A DNA stretch of 63,789 nt, the filler included, from Choristocarpus tenellus KU-1152 (taxonomy: Eukaryota > Protista > Phaeophyceae), in assembly GCA_964200185.2 (NCBI GenBank). It is 12 parts of 12 records of this genome, joined end to end, with 100 filler letters (N's around TTAATTAATTAA, not from the genome) between each part and the next. Parts side by side here need not be neighbours in the genome. Positions count along the whole stretch, not along the records: positions 61,046 to 63,789 come from CAXNAD020025120.1; 11 more parts are not named here. One strand, written 5' to 3'. Position numbers and translations under genes: made by a program. Shown here in pieces: positions 63,701 to 63,789 of the stretch. The notes under the pieces are model-generated. The model saw nothing but the letters and a program-made list of their open reading frames with translations, was not told the DNA's origin and made no database searches. Within the stretch, counting starts at the first letter, position 1, and each line of letters begins with the position of its first letter.

Positions 63701-63789
63701 CTGATTTCATGGGGCCTTGCATGCCCCACCTAAATTTAATCAATCACTCTACAGACACAAAGCAATCTCACTGGGTTTATCACCTTTAC

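Overview
This is eukaryotic nuclear DNA with GT-AG introns and many decayed transposons. The gene content suggests a photosynthetic, flagellated stramenopile such as a brown alga (ferredoxin-sulfite reductase, CEP290, SelD, TTAGGG repeats); this assignment is an inference. The window is not one locus. It is 12 contigs joined by 11 artificial 100-nt spacers (44N-TTAATTAATTAA-44N), so gene neighbourhood across spacers means nothing. Two complete spliced genes could be rebuilt by hand: a 4-exon sterol delta-7 reductase (DHCR7/DWF5, 444 aa) and a 3-exon twin-CX9C EMI1/DUF3128-like protein (103 aa). Partial genes are an RGS-domain protein, an ankyrin-repeat protein, sulfite reductase (3' end), selenophosphate synthetase SelD (3' end), ARP6 (5' end) and CEP290 (4 internal exons). 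Repeats include three MITE families with shared termini and, where readable, variable 3-bp TSDs (PIF/Harbinger-like). There is also a decayed DD39D-type mariner with an intact CTCCCTC TIR, many copia and gypsy remnants, a DIRS/Ngaro-like remnant and interstitial telomere-like repeats. I found no convincing novel multi-gene system. The MITE trio and the small twin-CX9C gene are the most interesting signals.
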